A stretch of 45,447 nucleotides of DNA, taken from the NCBI GenBank assembly GCA_015486185.1, contig WFSC01000449.1, forward strand, positions 1 to 45,447, in the 5' to 3' direction. Positions within the stretch are counted from its first letter, which is position 1. Every line of letters starts with the position of its first letter. This stretch comes from Bacteroidales bacterium (GTDB lineage Bacteria > Bacteroidota > Bacteroidia > Bacteroidales > VadinHA17). This document shows positions 35,235 to 44,796 of the stretch, piece by piece. Made by a program: the position numbers and the translations under genes. Under the pieces are notes generated by a model. That model ran no database searches and was not told the origin of the DNA. It saw only the letters and a program-made list of their open reading frames with translations.

Positions 35235-36743
35235 TCAGGCAGGCATTTCGGGCAATGAAAAACCGTTATGATACGTATGTTTGATATATTCTTTTGCAGC
35301 AGCCAGGGCATTAACGGTAGCATATTGTGTATTAAATTTGGGATCGCCGTTCACCACCTTAAAGCTGGCGGTAGTTACCACTCTGATCTTATCCTTATCT
35401 GAGATATTGGTAAACTTCATATTTTCACCATCCCATAGCAACCAGCGGTTAAGATCCTGTAAACGTACTGCCACCACGCCCATAACGACCATTTCGTTCA
35501 GCGGGCCTGAATAGTTAAAGTTAGAAGAAGGAAGGACTCTGTCAGAAGGATTTTCCTTGCAGGCACGGATCCAGTCCTGTTCGTGAGCGCCGTTATTCCA
35601 TTTAAGACCGGTTACTTCTTCAGGCCGGCGCATGGTTTTTGGAAGAGGCACAAAATCCTTCATTTTACTGTAAGGCAACAATGTCGGATCTTTCCCGTAA
35701 CAACCCGTCATGATTTTTCCCTTCTCACCAATGAAAAGGCAACCACCGTTGGTATCACGGCCCATAATATCTCCGTCGGGCAGTTCCTCCGGCCTGGGAG
35801 GTAATAATCCACCATCATACCAGCTCACTTCCACTTCAGGATGTTTGCCACGTGCCGGAAAGACATAATGTACGATCTCGGCATGGGGCGGTGATTCGGT
35901 ATTGATCTGGGTAGAACTGGCCTGAACTTTATAAGGATATTTCAGATCAAGGGCCATGAAAATCGGGTCCATGATATGATTGGCCATATCGCCGAGAGCT
36001 CCTGTACCAAAGTCCCACCATCCACGCCAGTTCCACGGATGATAAATAGGGTTGTAGGGACGTTTGGGTGCCGGACCGATGAACAGGTCCCATCTCAATG
36101 TTTCCGGCACAGGATATACCTTTTTGGGACGTTCGAGTCCCTGAGGCCATATCGGACGATTGGTCCAGGCATAAGCTTTCTTTACCTCACCGATCACACC
36201 TGCCCGGATCCATTCGGTTACTTCCCGGATCCCTTCACCGGAATTTCCCTGATTACCCATCTGCGTAACAACATTGTATTTCCGTGCCAGTTTGGTCAGT
36301 AACCTGGATTCATACACACTGTGTGTAAGAGGTTTTTGCACGTAAACATGTTTACCCATGGTAATGGCATGTGCTGCAGCAACAGCGTGACTATGATCAG
36401 GCGTTGCAATCATGACAGCATCTATTGACTTACCCATTTTGTCAAACATCTCCCGCCAGTCATAAAAACGTTTGGCCTTCGGATAATCCTTGAAGGTCTT
36501 TCCGGCATACCGCCAGTCCACATCACTCAAAGCAATAATGTTTTCCGTAGAAGCATGCCTGAGATTTGTTCTGCCCATTCCTCCAATACCGATACCGGCA
36601 ATATTCAATTTGTCAGAAGGGGCTTTGTGACCCAGTCCGCTCACCACATGGCTCGGAACAATTGTTAATCCGGCCGTGACAACAGCGGTCCTCTCGAGGA
36701 ATTGTCTTCTCGATAGTCCTGATGATTTCTCTTTTTCTTTCAT
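35235..36743 (-). CDS. TAT-exported Gfo/Idh/MocA-family oxidoreductase (possibly GH109-like)
   Basis: 502 aa. Twin-arginine signal SRRQFLERTAVVTAGL, Rossmann motif IAGIGIGGMG, and DAVMIATPDHSHA...YVQKP. Confidence 0.85.
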   Translation of the reverse strand: MKEKEKSSGLSRRQFLERTAVVTAGLTIVPSHVVSGLGHKAPSDKLNIAGIGIGGMGRTNLRHASTENIIALSDVDWRYAGKTFKDYPKAKRFYDWREMFDKMGKSIDAVMIATPDHSHAVAAAHAITMGKHVYVQKPLTHSVYESRLLTKLARKYNVVTQMGNQGNSGEGIREVTEWIRAGVIGEVKKAYAWTNRPIWPQGLERPKKVYPVPETLRWDLFIGPAPKRPYNPIYHPWNWRGWWDFGTGALGDMANHIMDPIFMALDLKYPYKVQASSTQINTESPPHAEIVHYVFPARGKHPEVEVSWYDGGLLPPRPEELPDGDIMGRDTNGGCLFIGEKGKIMTGCYGKDPTLLPYSKMKDFVPLPKTMRRPEEVTGLKWNNGAHEQDWIRACKENPSDRVLPSSNFNYSGPLNEMVVMGVVAVRLQDLNRWLLWDGENMKFTNISDKDKIRVVTTASFKVVNGDPKFNTQYATVNALAAAKEYIKHTYHNGFSLPEMPA

Positions 36744-36884
36744 TATTAAACTGTATTAGGTTAGGTACAAAAAACTTTTCACTTAAGACAAATAAAAATA
36801 ATAGTTTTTTTTTAATAAAAAAAGAAATAGTTATTTGAATATGATCTATTATATTTACATATTAAAATAAAAATATCTGTTAAA

Positions 36885-38030
36885 ATGTTTAAAAGATTGA
36901 AATACGGTATGATAGGAGGAGGAGAAGGTTCTTTTATCGGACCTGTCCACCGTATGGCTGCTGAAATGGACGGTATGGCCGTATTGGCATGTGGAGCATT
37001 TAACAGTGAACCGGAACGTTCCGTTCAATCAGGACTACACCTCGGTCTCCCAAAAAACCGGATATATCCGGATTATGTGACCATGATACGGGAGGAAAAT
37101 AATCTTCCACCGGAAGAACGCATGGACTTTGTGAGCATTGTGACACCTAACTACCTTCATTACGAACCGGCAAAGCTGGCTTTGGAGAACGGTTTTCATG
37201 TGATCTGTGACAAACCACTGACCACTACTTACGAAGATGCCGTTACTCTGGGACATCTGGTCAAAGAAAAAGGGCTGCTGTTCGGACTCACCCACACTTA
37301 CACAGGCTACCCAATGGTCAAAAAAGCCCGGCAACTGGTAAGGTCCGGATCATTGGGAAAAATCCACAAGGTGATGGTAACTTACCTGCAGGGCTGGCTT
37401 ACCTCCTACCCGGAAGGCCGGGGACAGAAACAGGCTGTATGGCGAACCAATCCTGCTTATACGGGCAAGACATCCACCATGGGCGATATCGGCACCCATG
37501 CTGAAAACCTGATCTCTTATGTGACCGGACTGAAGATCAGGGAAATATCCGCCCAGATGAATACGCTGATCAAACCGCGCAAGATGGATGATGACGGTAG
37601 TGTCATATTGCGCTATGAACAGAACGTATCCGGTGCAATACTTGTCAGCCAGGTAGCTACCGGCGAAGAAAACAATGTCACTTTACGTATATATGGTGAC
37701 AAAGGGGGACTGGAATGGAACCAGGAAGAACCCAATTCACTTATCATACGATGGACAGACAAACCGATGGAAATATACCGTACCGGTTCCGGTATCACGG
37801 AACAAAATGCAGCAAACCGCCTGCCTTCCGGCCACCCGGAAGGATTTATCGAAGCTTTTGCCAATGTATATAAAAACTTTGAACAGGCGGTTCTGGACAG
37901 AAAACAAGGAATAATTAATCCTGCTGAAACGTATGACTTCCCTACCGTATCCGATGGGATACAAGGAATGAAGTTCCTGGATAAAGTTGTTGAATCATCC
38001 AATAGCCGGGAAAAATGGATCCCGTTCTAA
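36885..38030 (+). CDS. Cytoplasmic Gfo/Idh/MocA-family oxidoreductase
   Basis: 381 aa. GMIGGGEGSFIGPVHRMAA Rossmann motif, VSIVTPNYLHYEPAKLALENGFHVICDKP, no signal peptide. Confidence 0.85.
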   Translation: MFKRLKYGMIGGGEGSFIGPVHRMAAEMDGMAVLACGAFNSEPERSVQSGLHLGLPKNRIYPDYVTMIREENNLPPEERMDFVSIVTPNYLHYEPAKLALENGFHVICDKPLTTTYEDAVTLGHLVKEKGLLFGLTHTYTGYPMVKKARQLVRSGSLGKIHKVMVTYLQGWLTSYPEGRGQKQAVWRTNPAYTGKTSTMGDIGTHAENLISYVTGLKIREISAQMNTLIKPRKMDDDGSVILRYEQNVSGAILVSQVATGEENNVTLRIYGDKGGLEWNQEEPNSLIIRWTDKPMEIYRTGSGITEQNAANRLPSGHPEGFIEAFANVYKNFEQAVLDRKQGIINPAETYDFPTVSDGIQGMKFLDKVVESSNSREKWIPF

Positions 38031-38141
38031 CTCTTCCACTTCCCGAAAGAGAAGGCGTTTTTATACCGGCAGAAATTTTACAAACAATACAGGGAAAGAA
38101 TAAAATAAAACTTATAAATATAATTTTTAAATTAATAAAAC

Positions 38142-39770
38142 ATGATAGAAACGAATCAATTAAGACGCAGGGAGATCAACAATATTGAAGGACAGTATGG
38201 CCTGGATTATCTCAAACTGAAGAATCTGAACCAAACTTACTGGAATCCTACCACGGCAAAGCTCTATGAAGAGATCATACAGCGCAGGGAGGGTCTTTTA
38301 TCCCATTTAGGTCCGGTTGTTGTCCGTACGGGAGCCTATACCGGCCGGTCACCCAATGATAAGTTCATCGTTAAGGAACCTGCTACTGAAAAAGATATAT
38401 CATGGGGAGAGGTTAACCGGCCATTTTCTCCTGAGAAATTTGATCTTCTGTGGAGCCGTATGGAAGCTTATCTGCAGGGAAAAGATATTTTTATTCAGGA
38501 CAATTACATTGGCACAGATCCCAAATACAGGATCCCGTTGCGCGTTATCACGGAATATGCCTGGCAATCCCTGTTTGCCCGTAATATGTTTAACCGTATT
38601 CTGGATTATGAAGAGTTAAAAAATCATATTCCGGAATATACTATTGTTGTGTTACCCGGATTTAAAGCGATCCCTGAAATAGACGGGACCCATTCCGAGG
38701 CTTTCATCATTCTGCACTTATCAAAAAAGATGGTTTTGATCGGTGGAACCAGTTATGCCGGTGAGATCAAGAAATCGGCTTTTACGTTGATGAATTTTGT
38801 GTTACCCCGCAAAAATGTATTACCCATGCACTGCAGCTCCAATGTGGGAAAAGATGGAGTCACCGCCTTATTCTTCGGACTCTCCGGCACAGGAAAAACG
38901 ACTCTTTCAGCCGACCCGAACAGACGGTTGATCGGTGATGACGAACACGGATGGAGTGAAGAAGGGGTCTTTAATTTTGAAGGGGGTTGTTATGCCAAAG
39001 TTATTCGCCTGTCACCGGAAGCTGAGCCTGAGATCTATGAAACGACACGCCGTTTCGGGACTATTCTGGAAAATGTAGCTATTGATCCTTATACCAGACG
39101 CGTTGACCTTAATGATGCCTCACTCACAGAAAACACACGGGCTTCCTACCCTATCACCCACCTTGAGCACATTATTCCGGAAGGGAAAGGAGGGCACCCA
39201 AAGAATGTAATCTTTCTGACTGCTGATGCTTTCGGCGTACTCCCTCCCATATCACGGCTCACCCCCGGTCAGGCCATGTATCAGTTCCTCCTTGGATATA
39301 CAGCCAAAGTTGCCGGGACGGAAAGAGGCATCACTGAACCACAAGCTACGTTCAGCAGTTGCTTCGGCGCCCCTTTTATGCCACAACATCCTGCCGTTTA
39401 TGCCAAATTACTGGGTGATAAGATCAGTCATCACAATGCCACCGTATGGCTTGTCAACACCGGATGGATAGGGGGTCCTTATGGTGTAGGGGAACGCATC
39501 TCCATCAAATATACCCGTACCCTGCTAAATAGTGCCCTGGGAGGAAAACTGGAAAATATAAAATATGAAACAGAACCGGTCTTTGGCCTTTCTGTGCCTT
39601 CTTCCTGTCCGGGAGTACCATCTGAAATACTGATGCCTAAAAACACCTGGAAAGATAAAGCTGCCTATGATCAACAAGCAAGTAAGCTGGCTTCTCTGTT
39701 CAAGGAAAATTTCAAACCCTATGAATCATATGTGACTGCTGAGGTTATCGCAGCAGGACCCAAGGGATAA
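38142..39770 (+). CDS. pckA: Phosphoenolpyruvate carboxykinase (ATP)
   Basis: 542 aa. TGRSPNDKF, kinase-1a GLSGTGKTTLS, IGDDEHGW, NTGW. Confidence 0.95.
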   Translation: MIETNQLRRREINNIEGQYGLDYLKLKNLNQTYWNPTTAKLYEEIIQRREGLLSHLGPVVVRTGAYTGRSPNDKFIVKEPATEKDISWGEVNRPFSPEKFDLLWSRMEAYLQGKDIFIQDNYIGTDPKYRIPLRVITEYAWQSLFARNMFNRILDYEELKNHIPEYTIVVLPGFKAIPEIDGTHSEAFIILHLSKKMVLIGGTSYAGEIKKSAFTLMNFVLPRKNVLPMHCSSNVGKDGVTALFFGLSGTGKTTLSADPNRRLIGDDEHGWSEEGVFNFEGGCYAKVIRLSPEAEPEIYETTRRFGTILENVAIDPYTRRVDLNDASLTENTRASYPITHLEHIIPEGKGGHPKNVIFLTADAFGVLPPISRLTPGQAMYQFLLGYTAKVAGTERGITEPQATFSSCFGAPFMPQHPAVYAKLLGDKISHHNATVWLVNTGWIGGPYGVGERISIKYTRTLLNSALGGKLENIKYETEPVFGLSVPSSCPGVPSEILMPKNTWKDKAAYDQQASKLASLFKENFKPYESYVTAEVIAAGPKG

Positions 39771-39786
39771 TGAATACGGAATAACG

Positions 39787-39829
39787 CTGATAAAAAAAGC
39801 GCATCAAAGGATGCGCTTTTTTTTATCAG
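39787..39829. terminator. Bidirectional intrinsic terminator between pckA and the convergent oxidoreductase gene
   Basis: CTGATAAAAAAAGCGCATC-aaag-GATGCGCTTTTTTTTATCAG. The GC core stem has A-run and T-run flanks, and the 3' arm overlaps the stop codon at 39826-39828. Confidence 0.8.
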
Positions 39830-41445
39830 ATAATCCGTTCTTTATCAGGATCCCACTCTACCCGGCGCCCCTGTCTCAGGGCAATCACCCCCATCTGGTT
39901 GGTAATAGCCTCTTCAAAACCCCGGTTTATATTACAGCTGGGTTGTGTTCCTTTTCTGATGGATTCCAACCATTCCTTAATATGCAGATGGGTCGTATCC
40001 ACTCTTTTTCCTCCCCGGTAAGTATATAATAATCCACGTCCGGCAAAATATTTTTCAGTGGCCGTCGTAATGGCATCGAGGTTCTTTCTACCGGGCGAAT
40101 AAGAATAGATCGGCAAAGACGGGTCTATCTTCCCGCTTTTGATAAGTTTTCTGTACCTGTCTGATTCCCTGTCCGCATAAACGTTCAGTGTACTGCCCAC
40201 TTCCATCCATCCGTCGTGACCCATAACTACCTTTCCCCTTTCCTTATCGCTGGCTAGTGTAGCACTATACATCAATGTAAGGTTCCGGTCAGGATATTCA
40301 AATACTTCGTGCTGAACATCAGGTACGGTACGACCGTCCTTGTAATAATAAATTCCACCGGAGCCACTGGCATATTGCGGAATGCCAAGGCCCAGAATCT
40401 GATTCATGGCATCATATTCATGGGTAAACAGATCACCGGAGAGGCCGGTACTGTAATCCCACCAGCAACGCCACCGGAAGAATCTTTTCAGGTCGAAATC
40501 ATGCCAGGGGGCCTGACCGATAAATTGTTTCCAGTCAATATTCAGTGGGGAAGCTTTCGGATGAATGGGATAAACCCAGGCACCGTTGGGACTGTTACGG
40601 TTAGTTGTCACCTCGATCAGGTTTATCTTACCAAGCAGATTCTTTCCAACGGCTTCCTTAGCCTTAATATAACTTTCGGTTTGTCGTCCCTGGTGGCCCA
40701 ACTGAAAAACGATCCCGCTTTTCTTCACCTCATCACGCACCAGATAGGTTTCGGGAACATTCCATGTCATCGGTTTTTCGCAATACACATGTTTTCCGTT
40801 CCGGGCTGCTTCTATTGTCATCGGGGCATGCCAATGATCCGGAGCAGCAATAATAACCGCATCGATATCATCAGCAGCCATAAGTTCCTTATAGGTACGG
40901 TATCTTTTAACGGGATAGGCCGGCTTCCCTTCACTACCTTCTTTATGCAGATTGGCAGCAGCAGCCATTTGCTCTTCAGCATGGATATCAAAAATATCAC
41001 AAATGCCATTGATCACGATATTCAGGTCATCCTGTTCCATAAAATCCCGGTATCGCTTATCCATAGGATTCTTTTCGGCGGCCTTACGCATATCGTCAAT
41101 AACAGAAGGCGGCAGAAAACCGGCTGCTTTCATCAGTTGAGGTCCACGGTGTCCGTATCCGATCACGCCCACCCGTAATTGTCTTCCTGAAGCCGGGCCG
41201 GTGGCCATTACCGGAGGAGCATACTCCATGCCCAGTTCATCACGGATCACCTTTTTCAGCACCCGGTCATACTTTCTCTTTTTGTAGTAACCCCAGGCGA
41301 ACACCCCAAGAACCGGCACAGTAGCCAGTCCTTTCAGGATATCCCGGCGATTCATTTTCTTGTTCAGTCTGGATTGTTCCTCTTCCTGCTGTTTGTTTTC
41401 TTCCGGCTGTTCTCCGGCATGATTATTCTTATCTTTTTCTTCCAT
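39826..41445 (-). CDS. Gfo/Idh/MocA-family oxidoreductase with a twin-arginine motif and an N-terminal hydrophobic anchor
   Basis: 539 aa. MNRRDILKGLATVPVLGVFAWGYY is followed by KKRK, so it may be an uncleaved anchor. Rossmann motif VGVIGYGHRG, and DAVIIAAPDHWHA...YCEKP. An alternative start at 41355 (MNRRD) is possible. Confidence 0.82.
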   Translation of the reverse strand: MEEKDKNNHAGEQPEENKQQEEEQSRLNKKMNRRDILKGLATVPVLGVFAWGYYKKRKYDRVLKKVIRDELGMEYAPPVMATGPASGRQLRVGVIGYGHRGPQLMKAAGFLPPSVIDDMRKAAEKNPMDKRYRDFMEQDDLNIVINGICDIFDIHAEEQMAAAANLHKEGSEGKPAYPVKRYRTYKELMAADDIDAVIIAAPDHWHAPMTIEAARNGKHVYCEKPMTWNVPETYLVRDEVKKSGIVFQLGHQGRQTESYIKAKEAVGKNLLGKINLIEVTTNRNSPNGAWVYPIHPKASPLNIDWKQFIGQAPWHDFDLKRFFRWRCWWDYSTGLSGDLFTHEYDAMNQILGLGIPQYASGSGGIYYYKDGRTVPDVQHEVFEYPDRNLTLMYSATLASDKERGKVVMGHDGWMEVGSTLNVYADRESDRYRKLIKSGKIDPSLPIYSYSPGRKNLDAITTATEKYFAGRGLLYTYRGGKRVDTTHLHIKEWLESIRKGTQPSCNINRGFEEAITNQMGVIALRQGRRVEWDPDKERII

Positions 41446-41455
41446 TGTTTCTTAT

Positions 41456-41953
41456 TTATTTAACTTTATTTTTTCGTGATTTCCACCATACCTGAAAAAC
41501 GGCATCCAGCCCGATACGTGTTGGAAATACGTACAAGACCAGCAGTGCAGCCAGCTCGATCAGGGTTTTATTGACGATCAGATAGCTTCCTTCGGAAGGC
41601 ACTGAAAAGGTCAGACCCGGGAACGGGGGATGTGACAAATAATACAATGCCAGTAAAATGATCCCTAAAAACGTGGAGAATCGTGTAAACAATCCCAGGA
41701 TCAAACCCAACCCTATCAGGATCAAACCCCATTCATTCAAAAAGTCAACCGTATGCAATACAGATGAGCTATACGTTAAGGATTGGAACAACCCACTCAT
41801 AAAACCTTTTGAATCCAACAAATACCCGGCAGATGACCAGTCGGGATTAGCCAGTTTTACCAAGCCCTCATACAAAAAATGCCAGCCGATCAGGGTTCTC
41901 AATGTAACCAGAAAAGAAGTCTGGCCAATAGTGTAATTGCAAGTATTCTTCAT
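41456..41953 (-). CDS. DoxX-family integral membrane protein
   Basis: 165 aa with four hydrophobic segments. LRTLIGWHFLYEGLVKL is DoxX-like. It ends 10 nt upstream of the oxidoreductase start. Confidence 0.75.
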   Translation of the reverse strand: MKNTCNYTIGQTSFLVTLRTLIGWHFLYEGLVKLANPDWSSAGYLLDSKGFMSGLFQSLTYSSSVLHTVDFLNEWGLILIGLGLILGLFTRFSTFLGIILLALYYLSHPPFPGLTFSVPSEGSYLIVNKTLIELAALLVLYVFPTRIGLDAVFQVWWKSRKNKVK

Positions 41954-42014
41954 AAAATTAAATTTTTGCCAAAAATAAAAAAATCCAGCATAATAAACCT
42001 GTAGTTATTTAATA

Positions 42015-42022
42015 CAAACTTA
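42015..42022 (-). promoter_or_regulatory. Candidate -7 box (TAAGTTTG on the minus strand) for the DoxX-oxidoreductase pair
   Basis: Exact TAnnTTTG match about 60 nt upstream of the DoxX ATG. No correctly spaced -33 TTTG. Confidence 0.3.
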
Positions 42023-42057
42023 TAACTATTTCACAAATAGGCCCAATAAGGGATATA

Positions 42058-44706
42058 TTATTTGAGATGAGGAAGTAATAAAGCATTGAAAAGAAGCTTA
42101 AAAGAAGCCTGTGTCGAAGCCCTGAACTGGGGATTAAATCCCATCAATACCAGTTGGCCTTTTCCTTTTTTCAACCATACAATAGCCGGCTGATCAGCGA
42201 GTAAACCGGGATGTTCGGCATAGCCACTCATCAGAATATTTTCTTCCGGATACCACCCTATTACCCGCCGGTCCATATCAAAATAAGGAAGAGAAGTGGA
42301 AAAAACGGGATGTCCCCGTGAAAAAACGCCAATACTGGCAGGGAGTCCGCGGGTAACAGGAGACCCCTGAAGCAGCTTGACGCGAATCAGGGAGCCGGGC
42401 ACATAAAGCCCCTTTTCCTGTAAACTCTTGGATTCATCTTTAAAGGGGAGACGAAAGTTTTCCGTTTCCGTTTTTTTCCCTTTTTTATAGTTAATGGTCA
42501 ATTTCCCTTCAAATAAGGAGGTTGAATTCCCCCAGGAAACAACCAAACCTCCATTGTTTATCCATGCCATCAATTTTTTCAATCCGTCTTTACCCATACC
42601 TTTATTATAACCGGGAGGATAACTGGCCAGATAGTAGTTGTCTGCAGATTCATCTGCACCATTTAATAACAGATTTTTTGATGAACCCGGGAAGACGATC
42701 ACATCATAATTATTCAGATCGGCAGAGGGAACATCTCCGGGATGCAACACCTTATAGTTAATATGGTATGTATCAAAAATATAGCGGGTCCATCCGGCAT
42801 CCATGTCACTAAAATAAGTCTCGATCAGGGCAATACGGGGCAAATGGAACGGAGCGAGTGACAGCACTGACTTATCTTTTATAAAAAGCGGCTGGAACTT
42901 AATTTCCCTGTTCAACTGATCCCATCCCCGGACATTTTTACCGGATATCACAAAAGAACCGGCCGCTAAAATCTTGCCATCTATTGTTGCTTCCTTTCCT
43001 AACCGTTCTACGGTCAATCCATCATTTTGAGCAAGGAAAGCCGCTTTGAAACTTTCATTATCTGCAATGGGAAAAACGGCAATCAAACCCTGTTGCAGTG
43101 GCTTTTCCAATAAGCTGAAAGGCATCTTTACCGGCTGCCATTGTTTCTCCATATCAATATGCCGCTTGTCTATCTCAAAACAGGAGATCTGTCGCTGTAA
43201 CGGCAATGACCAGGTAGTAATATCGTACGGTTTAATGATCTTCCCGCCCGGAGTATAATGTCTTACGGGATATTCCTGTTTTTCCATCACTTCCTTGATA
43301 AAAGCACGAAAAGGTTGAGCGAGAGGAACCACCAGATCGCCGGCATGATATACCCGGCCGTCAAAAACATAATCCTTATCCATCCGGTAAACCGAAATCC
43401 CCTGTTCATCCAGCAGGTTCACCAGATTCACCAGTTCACTCATATCATGCTGTTTCTGTGGCAGGATATAATAATAAGGTGCCGTCGTCTGACCAAGTTT
43501 TACATTCTTGCGGCAAAGGTCATTTCTGAACGCAAGGATACCGTCATGATAAATTGATGCTGTCTTAAGAATAGACATTGTGGAAGTGATCTCATACTGC
43601 ACGATATCTCCCAGGCGCCACCATCCTCCTTTCCAGGGTAGTGGCATATTGATACTCTTCTTATATTCGGAAAGACCTTTTCCGGATACGGTCAGTTCAT
43701 TCGGTTCAATATAAACGGGCGTGGCATACCGTGCACTGGCACATTCGGTCAGGAATGCGATCACATTTTGCCAGATACAGGTTTCCGTCGAACCGGGCCA
43801 ATAGTTATCGAAAGCATAATGCTGTGAAACACCGGCCAGCCCCTTTGCCGTCATATCATTTATCAGGTTCTGTCCGAAAATACCTGTCCAGGTCCACATT
43901 CCGGCATCAATATTCTGAGCGATCGGGTCTGTGTTAGGAGGTACAAAATAGCGTGGACCGGACGTCCACATCTGATGTTTCTCCACCATAACCTGAGGAA
44001 ACCAGGTCTTCGTAAATATTCTCTGGATATTACGCGTATCCTGTTGGGACAGAATGACAAAGTCGCGGTTATTGTCATGTCCCACATATTTATGATAAAC
44101 GCCGGGCAGGGAAGCTCCTTCGTATTTTGTTCCTTTATATTTTCTGTAATTATTTACAATAAGATCCATGCCATCCGGATTATGGCAGGGAACCATCATA
44201 TAGACCACATTATCCAGCCATTTTTTCACTTTGGGGTCTTTTGTGGTCACCAGTTCATATGCGATCAGGGGTGCTGCCTGAGAAGGTCCCACTTCATCAC
44301 TGTGCATAGAAAGGGTAGCAGTAAAAAACACCTTTCCTTCCATGATCAGTTTTTGTCTTTGTGTTTTCCGGAGTTGGGAATTCAGTGCCAGTTCCCGGTT
44401 GATCTCCTTTAAGCGGTCAAGATTCCGGATATTATCTTCAGAAGAAATGAAAGCAATATACATGGGTTTGCCCATGGGTGATTTTCCTATTTCCACCATC
44501 TTCAGACGCGGAGAAGCAGCATCCAGCTTCTTCAGATATTCCGTCAGTTGTTCATAATCAATAAGCATCCGGTCTGTTCCGGGTCTGAACCCAAAATAAT
44601 CAGCCGGTTTTTGTATAATGACAGCCTGAGAAAATACGGTAATACCAGGCAGGAATATCAGGAAAACCAGAAAACCTAAAAACCCCAAAAAAGAATTACG
44701 TTTCAT
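42058..44706 (-). CDS. M14-family zinc carboxypeptidase with a large C-terminal extension
   Basis: Signal peptide from MKRNSFLGFLGFLVFL (44706). Zn ligand context SMHSDEVG (HxxE), CHNPDGMD, VEKHQM. The track start at 44757 is an extension. Confidence 0.8.
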   Translation of the reverse strand: MKRNSFLGFLGFLVFLIFLPGITVFSQAVIIQKPADYFGFRPGTDRMLIDYEQLTEYLKKLDAASPRLKMVEIGKSPMGKPMYIAFISSEDNIRNLDRLKEINRELALNSQLRKTQRQKLIMEGKVFFTATLSMHSDEVGPSQAAPLIAYELVTTKDPKVKKWLDNVVYMMVPCHNPDGMDLIVNNYRKYKGTKYEGASLPGVYHKYVGHDNNRDFVILSQQDTRNIQRIFTKTWFPQVMVEKHQMWTSGPRYFVPPNTDPIAQNIDAGMWTWTGIFGQNLINDMTAKGLAGVSQHYAFDNYWPGSTETCIWQNVIAFLTECASARYATPVYIEPNELTVSGKGLSEYKKSINMPLPWKGGWWRLGDIVQYEITSTMSILKTASIYHDGILAFRNDLCRKNVKLGQTTAPYYYILPQKQHDMSELVNLVNLLDEQGISVYRMDKDYVFDGRVYHAGDLVVPLAQPFRAFIKEVMEKQEYPVRHYTPGGKIIKPYDITTWSLPLQRQISCFEIDKRHIDMEKQWQPVKMPFSLLEKPLQQGLIAVFPIADNESFKAAFLAQNDGLTVERLGKEATIDGKILAAGSFVISGKNVRGWDQLNREIKFQPLFIKDKSVLSLAPFHLPRIALIETYFSDMDAGWTRYIFDTYHINYKVLHPGDVPSADLNNYDVIVFPGSSKNLLLNGADESADNYYLASYPPGYNKGMGKDGLKKLMAWINNGGLVVSWGNSTSLFEGKLTINYKKGKKTETENFRLPFKDESKSLQEKGLYVPGSLIRVKLLQGSPVTRGLPASIGVFSRGHPVFSTSLPYFDMDRRVIGWYPEENILMSGYAEHPGLLADQPAIVWLKKGKGQLVLMGFNPQFRASTQASFKLLFNALLLPHLK

Positions 44707-44796
44707 TTTATTTATTTTAGTTAAAAAAAGGGGGAGATAAATTAATAACCTCCCCACATAATATCTATAACAGGAACATATAAACAGTCTTTAAAA

